From the NCBI GenBank assembly GCA_951406725.2, contig OX597832.1:28458001-28522000 (forward strand): a DNA stretch of 64,000 nt. The letters run 5' to 3'. Below, in pieces: positions 56,817 through 64,000 of this stretch. Under the pieces are notes generated by a model. The model made no database searches and had not been told where the DNA came from. It worked only from the letters and a program-made list of their open reading frames with translations. The position numbers were made by a program, and so were the translations under genes. Origin of the DNA: Octopus vulgaris. Lineage: Eukaryota. Every line of letters starts with the position of its first letter. Position 1 is the stretch's first letter.

Positions 56817-56962
56817 GTGAGTGGTTCTGCTCAGTATAAAGGCAAGACTGGAACGGCGGATGTTGGTGGCAGAGACGAGGCCTACAGGATTGTTGGTGAC
56901 CATATAAGGATGTCAACAATAGCCATCGGTGATGGCTTGTTACCTAGCAGGGATGGTTTAGG
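56817..56962 (+). CDS. AARS2: AARS2 coding exon 6
   Basis: VSGSAQYKGKTGTADVGGRDEAYRIVGDHIRMSTIAIGDGLLPSRDGL; tag/gtgag, 146 nt. Confidence 0.93.
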
Positions 56963-57575
56963 GTGAGTGACTACTTGTTAGCTTCTGACGTTGCTGTGAG
57001 ATGTAATGTAAAGGTACTGGGTTCAGTTTCAACTCAGATCACTGTGTTGTGTCTGTGTTTGTGTATTTACATGTATGTGTATGTGTGTTACAATTGTGTG
57101 CATGTGTGTTATATATGTATATGTTTATTCAATGTGTTTATTATGTCTTTTAATACCTATGTATCCTTATGTATATGTGTGTGTTATATTTATTTATGTC
57201 TGTTGATGTGTATATTGTTCTATCTGTATGTGAATGGGGTGTATATATTTGACCAAGTATTGAATCTATTATGACACTAAATGGATGTCACTGAACAACC
57301 CAGACCATAAGCTGTGTGTGTATATATATATATGTGTGTGGTTGGCATTAGGAAGGGCATCCAGCTGTAGAAACTCTGCCAGATCAGATTGGAGCCTGGT
57401 GCAGCCATCTGGTTTGCCAGACCTCAGTCAAATCGTCCAACCCATGCTAGCATGGAAAGTGGATGTTAAACGATAATAATGATGATATATATATATATAT
57501 ATATATAGTCACTCATTCTTCATAAGATATGTGTTTGTGTGTGTGTGTGTAATCGGTTTCTCATTCTTTCTTCAG

Positions 57576-57684
57576 ACACAAACTGCGCCATGTCATCCAC
57601 CGAGCCCTCCACCAGGCCCACACCATCTTCCAGGCCCCAACTGGATTCTTTGGATCATTGGTCAATGATGTTGCAGAATCATTG
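57576..57684 (+). CDS. AARS2: AARS2 coding exon 7
   Basis: HKLRHVIHRALHQAHTIFQAPTGFFGSLVNDVAESL aligns to the LRRILRRA helix region; cag/gtaag, 109 nt. Confidence 0.9.
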
Positions 57685-57898
57685 GTAAGCTGGATTCTAT
57701 GTTAGATTGGTCTTGGATTCTTGCTTCTGTTGTTGTTTCTTTTATGTTAGAACAGGCATAGGACTTTGATTACGGAAATGTTGGTGGGAGGGGCATATTG
57801 CAGAACTGGGGGAACATGGGATGGGGGTGGAATATGTAAGAGAAGAGATAATATTCTGATAAATGTTTTAAGCAAAAATTCTGTTTTTATCATTACAG

Positions 57899-57937
57899 GA
57901 AGATGTCTTCCCGGAATGTTTCCAAGATAAAACAATG
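57899..57937 (+). CDS. AARS2: AARS2 coding exon 8 (39 nt)
   Basis: EDVFPECFQDKTM corresponds to the GDAYPEL segment; cag/gtaaat, phase 0/0. Confidence 0.82.
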
Positions 57938-58261
57938 GTAAATAATGTTTAGAATAAGTTTCATCTGTGTGTGTGTGTGTATGTATGTTTTATAATGTGA
58001 TCATGTGATTCCTGCCTGCTTAACCAGTCTTGTAATGGTGAAGCATTAGTATATGAAGCTAAAATTAACCCCATCAACTCAAATGGAAACAGCTGGTACC
58101 AAATATTTCTTAGGGGTGATAGAAGGCATGTGCAAGCATTCTCCTTTTGACATATTTACAAGAGGAAAATCACTGCTTTGTCTAATTACATGTGGTACAT
58201 GAAAGACTATAGCATCACCATACACTTATATATCATATGTATACACATACATTGTATACAT

Positions 58262-58665
58262 CAGGCATGTGCTGTGAGTAATTACTCAGGGTAGGCAGTT
58301 GGTGATGTTTATGTAGTAAAACACACAAAAAGTAAGCAAAACACAGGTGTGCAACTGATTTGGAAGCAGATTTACTTCTACCTTTATAGCACATGAAGAA
58401 AACGTTGTTGTAGGAGTGTACGCAGCATGTGTACTACGTCAGTACTATGCATAGCTTTAATACTGAGATTGAAAGGCAGGAGTGAATTATGCCTACCTAA
58501 TCTATGAAAAAATAAAATATTTTGCATTTTATGCATAGTAATCAGAGTAACCTTCCAAATTTTATTGAATTTGGTGCATATTTTGCCATGAAAGGAAAAT
58601 GTTATCAATCTATTTCATTCAGGGTAAACACTGCCTACCTTGCCTACCCAGGTGGCACATCCCTG
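58262..58665. mobile_element. hAT-type MITE in AARS2 intron 8
   Basis: CAGGCATGTGC...GGGTAGGCAGT / ACTGCCTACC...GCACATCCCTG ends; 8-bp flanks GTATACAT / GTATACAA. Confidence 0.65.
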
Positions 58666-58790
58666 GTATACAAATACACACACACATGATATATTTTAAA
58701 TATCAAAGTAATTCATTGTTTGAAATATTCTAGAAAATTTTAGATATTTTGGTAGAAAACCTCAGAAAATATTCCATAATCTGTTGACAG

Positions 58791-58902
58791 ATCCAACAGA
58801 TTCTGGACCAAAGTGAGCGGCATTACTTGGAGATGTTACAGGATGGTTACCATTCTTTCGAAAGACTTCTCAACAAACTTGGTTCTCAACAGTTCACTGA
58901 TG
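58791..58902 (+). CDS. AARS2: AARS2 coding exon 9
   Basis: IQQILDQSERHYLEMLQDGYHSFERLLNKLGSQQFTD; cag/gtttgt, 112 nt, phase fits exon 10. Confidence 0.85.
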
Positions 58903-59608
58903 GTTTGTAAATGTTTTATTTTAATTCTCAGAGACCTTTGTGTTTAGTAAGTTGTAGAATATGTGTGTATAGTGTGTTAGTCGTCTGGTTAAGATGTTAG
59001 TCTACTGACTTCTTGGTCGTGAGTTCAAACCTTGTCACTAACTGTAATTGGATTTTTGTGGTCAGCAACTGACTAGATTTATCTTGTATGTCACAGTTCA
59101 GTGATTAATGTTAGCAAGTTCACTCAACTGTGAAAAGAAAAAAAATTGTGACTTCAGTGGGTTTGAAATGGGAGAAGAAAATTTAAATTTTGCTAAAGTG
59201 GATTCCCTCTCTCTCTCTTTCGGAGAGGCACTGAGCAGCTATACGCACACATACACACACACGGCAGTAACTTCCACCTACCGAATTCAATCACAAAGCT
59301 TCGGTCGACTCGGGGCTATAGCAGGAGACACTTGCCCAAAGTGCCATGCAGTGGGACTGAACCCGAAACCATGTAGCTAGGAAGCAAGCTCCCTAACCAC
59401 ACAGCCATTGAGAGTTAATTATTGTCTTGGCCATAGACATTACAGACAGATGAGATTTGAACCATTGTTACTTTGGTTAGTTGTCTAATTACCTACAAAT
59501 TTCGTCACCTCTAACCCATGTTGAAGTAAATCTCCCATACGAAGGTTAATCTGACCATATTCTTAGAATTTTTTTCCCTTGTCAGAAAGATTCTTCTTGT
59601 TTTTCCAG

Positions 59609-59739
59609 AAAACATCATCCAGTTAGCTGAGGGCCGGTTTGGTCGACCGGTCCCTGTTGATGTTCTGTGCAATATTGCATGGGAGAGAGGTTACCAGGTG
59701 GACGTTGATAAAATTCAGGAAGACTTTTTAAAACGACAG
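59609..59739 (+). CDS. AARS2: AARS2 coding exon 10
   Basis: NIIQLAEGRFGRPVPVDVLCNIAWERGYQVDVDKIQEDFLKRQ; polypyrimidine-cag/gtaaat, 131 nt. Confidence 0.83.
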
Positions 59740-60333
59740 GTAAATCGTATTCCTCATTGGCTGTCCATGTTTCACCCATGTCATACATATGATGCATCAC
59801 CACATGTCTTACTCACACCACATGTACCCTCTATACAGCTACACACCTCACACATCTTACCCCTCATGTAGTCCTCTATATATCTTAACCATGCACCATG
59901 TATAGTCCTCTACACTGACTATCCAATTTTAGTTGCCATACACCATCACACCACTCTCACTGTTCTTCTATTTCTTACACACACATACATACATAAACAT
60001 ACATACATCATCATCATCATCATCATCATCGTTTAACGTCCGCTTTCCATGCTAGCATGGGTTGGACGGTTCAACTGGGGTCTGGGAAGCCCGAAGGCTG
60101 CACCAGGCCAGTCAGATGTGGCAGTGTTTCTACAGCTGGATGCCCTTCCTAACGCCAACCACTCCGAGAGTGTAGTGGGTGATTTTATGTGCCACCGACA
60201 CAGGTGCCAGACGAGGCTGGCAGACGGCCACGCTCGGATGGTGTTTTTTATGTGCCACCGACACAGGTGCCAGACGAGGCTGGCAGACGGCCACGCTCGG
60301 ATGGTGTTTTCTTATGTGTCACCGACATACATA

Positions 60334-60521
60334 TGAGGGGGTTCTAAAAAGTTCCTGGCTGAAGGCCCATTCTTCTAAGTTCTTTTATGGGATGAGAAAA
60401 ACTGAAGGACTGCTGCAAAAAGTGTGAATCTGAGAGGGGAATACATTGAATGAAATCATAATTAACTGATCCTCCTGTATTTTCTTTTACCAAATGTCAG
60501 GAACTTTTCAGCACCCCTTCG
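60334..60521 (+). mobile_element. Mariner-derived MITE, shorter copy
   Basis: Same TIRs and internal segment as 30447-30987; TA flanks. Confidence 0.72.
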
Positions 60522-61137
60522 TATGTGTGTGTTTATATATATATATGTGTGTGTGTGTGTGTTTATATATATATATGTGTGTGTGTGTGTGTTTATACAT
60601 ATACATCTGTATAGTGTAAGTGTGATGATGATGATGATCATCATCATCATTAAACGTCCGCTTTCCATGCTAGCATGGGTTGGACAGTTCAACTGGGGTC
60701 TGGGAAGCCAGAAGGCTGCGCCAGGCCCAGTCAGATCTGGCAGTGTTTCTACGGCTGGATGCCCTTCCTAACGCCAACCACTCCGTGAGTGTAGTGGGTG
60801 CTTTTTACGTGCCACCTGCACAGGTGCCAGACGAGGCTGGCAACGGCCACAATCGGATGATGTTTTTTACGTGCCACCAGCACAGAGGCCAGTCGGGGCG
60901 GTGCTGGCAACGGCCACGTTCGGATGGTTCTCTTGTGCCACCGGTTGATCGATTTCGATTTTCACTTGCCTCAACAGGTCTTCACAAGTAGGGTTTGTGT
61001 CACAAGAAGGAAAGGCTACGTCCCAGGTAGAGGCCACGGGTTATGGTCTCATGATAAACAGCTATTTTCCTATAAATAATAATAATAATAATAATCGTTG
61101 TTGTTGTTTAATAGTTTCCTGTTTGTCTTATTAACAG

Positions 61138-61276
61138 CTTCAACCCAGTTTAGAGAAACCAGCTGTACCAAATGTTCTTCTGGATCCTGACCTAATATCA
61201 AAGCTTCAGGAATCTTCCATTTTGACCACAGATGACCACTACAAATACCTCTACACCAGTACTAATGGTGTTTACA
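61138..61276 (+). CDS. AARS2: AARS2 coding exon 11
   Basis: LQPSLEKPAVPNVLLDPDLISKLQESSILTTDDHYKYLYTSTNGVY (TDDxxKY motif); cag/gtaagt, 139 nt. Confidence 0.87.
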
Positions 61277-62094
61277 GTAAGTCCATTGTTGTTTCATGAC
61301 CCACAGATGACCTCCCTTTAGGACAAAGGTCAGTTTTTAGAGGACCACAATATATCACTGGTATTGATTCCATTGGTCAATGAAGTACATGAATATATCT
61401 ACAACAGAGTATGATCACTAAGTCACTCCATTTTCTTTGTCCTGACCGATCCATCTGTGAAGTTCAACATCGTGAGATCTAATCTTACTAGTTTCTTTTT
61501 TTTGCTATAAACATTTTAGCACACGGCCTCTAACCATTTTGCCATCATCATCAAATGCTAGAACCATTTGCATGGCATCAGCATGATGCTGGTACCATGT
61601 TAAAAGCGCCCAGCAGACTCTGTAAAGTGGGTTGGTGTTAGGAAGGGGTGGGCAGCTGCAGAAAGCAAGCCAAACCACACTGAAACCTAGAGCAGCACTC
61701 CGGTTTGCCAGTTCTGGTCAAACCATCCAACCCATGCCTGCATGGAAAACATATATTAAAGAAAGATGATGTTGTTGATGATGATGATTAGTAAACATTC
61801 ATACTTTGGTCACTATCACACTGTGATGTGCAATGTCCAGTTTGGTCAAATATTTCCCAAAGTCTAATAAGCACATATTATGGATCCTTAATCTACCATT
61901 CTCTTTCTCTTTTTCTCTTTTACTTGTTTCTGTCATTTGACTGCGGCCATGCTGGAGCACCGCCTTTAGTCAAGCAAATCGACCCCGGGACTTATTCTAT
62001 CATTCTCTTTTTGCTGAACCGCTAAGTGACAGGGACGTAAACACACCAGCATCGGTTGTCAAGCAATGCTAGGGAGACAAACACAGACACACAA

Positions 62095-62135
<41 letters not shown>

Positions 62136-62578
62136 CATATATACGACAGGCTTCTTTCAGTTTCCGTCTACCAAATCCACTCACAAGGCATTGGTCTGCC
62201 CGGGGCTATAGCAGAAGACGCCCAAGATGCCATGCAGTGGGACTGAACCTGGAATTATGGGGTTGGTTAGCAAGCTACTTACCACACAGCCACACCTGCG
62301 CCCATATGTACATTTGGGCCCTATATACCTTGTACCATAAGACCCTTAATGCTCCATTGTATCTTTGGGCCCTTAATGCCCAACCCTTGCCAGCATGGAA
62401 AATAGAGATTAAATGGTGATTCTGATGATGATGATGTATCGTTAGCCCTTTTGTGCATCACGTACCGTAGGGCCCATATTTTCCATGTATATCTTTGGGC
62501 CCTTAATACTTGATATATATCTTTCTTCCTGCAATTCTGGTTTCTCTCCTACATCTTCACTCTCCCCATTCTTGTCAG

Positions 62579-62742
62579 GTTTTACCGATGTCCCCAACAG
62601 CTGCGTGATGGCTTTGATCCATAACAATTCTTTGACTGAGAAGGTTTCTGCTGGAGACAAGTGTGCTATTCTTTTAAACAGGACATCTTTCTATGCTGAA
62701 GCTGGGGGTCAACAGTCTGACCTGGGTCACATTGTTGCAAAG
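62579..62742 (+). CDS. AARS2: AARS2 coding exon 12 (gene continues beyond window)
   Basis: ...GDKCAILLNRTSFYAEAGGQQSDLGHIVAK (FYAExGGQxxDxG motif); cag/gtaaaa, 164 nt. Confidence 0.93.
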
Positions 62743-62856
62743 GTAAAATATTTATTTTACATTTCTGCTCCCTTTCTTTCCCCTTTTAATAAAACAAATA
62801 ATGCTTGATGATGGGATGTATAAGCATAAGAGTCATCACCCAAGTTGTATAAACTG

Positions 62857-62891
<35 letters not shown>

Positions 62892-62892
<1 letters not shown>

Positions 62893-62950
62893 TAGCAGAG
62901 ATACTCGGCGTTGCCCGGTTACATTCAATTGAAGAATTAGACTTTTCTGT

Positions 62951-62983
<33 letters not shown>

Positions 62984-62986
62984 ATC

Positions 62987-63023
<37 letters not shown>

Positions 63024-64000
63024 GTATATTAATATAAATACATGAAAGTACATAAAGTTTGTTAAAAAAAAGGGGATCATGTATATACCTCCTGGCTGTT
63101 GAGATTATAACACCTCATAAACAATGTTCCTTGTTTTTCCTTGTGGAGCATATACAAAAAGGTTTCTTTTGGTTCCTACGCTTGAGCAGCCAACATACAG
63201 TTGCCCATGCGAGAAGCAGGGCTCTTCCAAGAGAAGACCAGCTACAGAGAGGGCTTGACCCTGAGATTTGTTAATGGACATGGCAAAGCTGACACAAAGG
63301 GGAATTGCAGTCTTCTGAATGTAAATGGAATTTCTGCTCCTGATGGAGTAAGAGGAATTCTTGGAATGAAGACGTCATCACCTTTTCCACATCTAGAAAG
63401 AATGATTGCCTCGATAACGTGTGACATCATTTTCTTTATCACCAGTCGTGTTCCATTGCAAAGTCTTGGTGGTTCCAGATTGCGGAGTAGCATTACAGGA
63501 GTTCCAACTTTAAGTGCTAATATGTGTGGAGGTAGTCCAGGAGGCTCCAGTGAATTGGGAAATTCAGGAGGATAGTTCACAACTTCATTTATATCTGGAA
63601 TTGTATCAACAGACTTGTAAGTGTGTATAGTGCCGGGAAGAGAATGCATTAGCTGTTGATTAATTTTGTTAACAGCGACGTTTTTTGGAGCTAATATTGC
63701 TCTTTCACTCAGCCTATTGTGATTTTGGTTGTTTTGTGTGAAGTTGGGAAAGACTTTGTTTTTGAGGTCATCTACAGAATTAATGACAGAGGAAAATGAC
63801 CACACTTCCATTTGTCCTGCAGCATCGAGAGGCATCTTGCCTTCACCAAGTGTCAAAATGTCCTGTGCAAACTAGAAAGAGTTTGCCTGAAATCACCTGA
63901 CAACAGAAGCGTTACACCTCCCATTGGAGCCTGACAGTCTTGGATGTCTTTCAGCTCCCTTGTGAGCCATAGCACTCATCCCAGACAATTAGATGACACA
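62892..64000 (-). mobile_element. Decayed Helitron 3' portion with PIF1-like helicase, in AARS2 intron 12
   Basis: Minus-strand motifs LIVWDEC, GGVTLLLSGDFRQTL, RAILAPKN, LKVGTPVMLLRNL..LCNGTRL, RLQFP, FAMSINKSQGQ, FSHGQLYV (frameshifted, internally deleted; stop at 63105); GC hairpin and CTAG 3' end at 62892. Confidence 0.93.

Noticed and set aside
63242-63856. Host PIF1 helicase gene
   Set aside because: Intronless, frameshifted, internally deleted and followed by a Helitron hairpin-CTAG end; transposon-derived.

Overview
Eukaryotic, repeat-saturated genomic DNA. The SINE families and microsatellite density look like an octopus/cephalopod genome (inference from recognition, not tested). 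Nearly all ORFs in the supplied track are microsatellite artefacts. Real genes: (1) the 5' part of a mitochondrial-type alanyl-tRNA synthetase (AARS2) on +, with 12 coding exons from 50869 to 62742 that splice in frame through GT-AG introns (1734 nt, 578 codons) and continue past the window; (2) a probable first coding exon of an unidentified minus-strand gene at 5355-5493. The roughly 43 kb between them and the AARS2 introns contain tRNA-derived SINEs, R4/Dong, RTE and Tx1-like LINE ends, Penelope-like terminal repeats, Helitrons, a Chapaev-like transposon, MULE/mariner/hAT MITEs and a 65-bp satellite. Most notable: eight dispersed minimal hammerhead-ribozyme-like motifs, two forming a 71-bp-arm hairpin in AARS2 intron 3; a three-level satellite (about 22, 65 and 260 bp) with Helentron-like ends; a decayed copy of AARS2 exon 9 whose donor site was hit by an RTE LINE; and one SINE head joined to four different tails. 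All calls are by eye, with no database searches.
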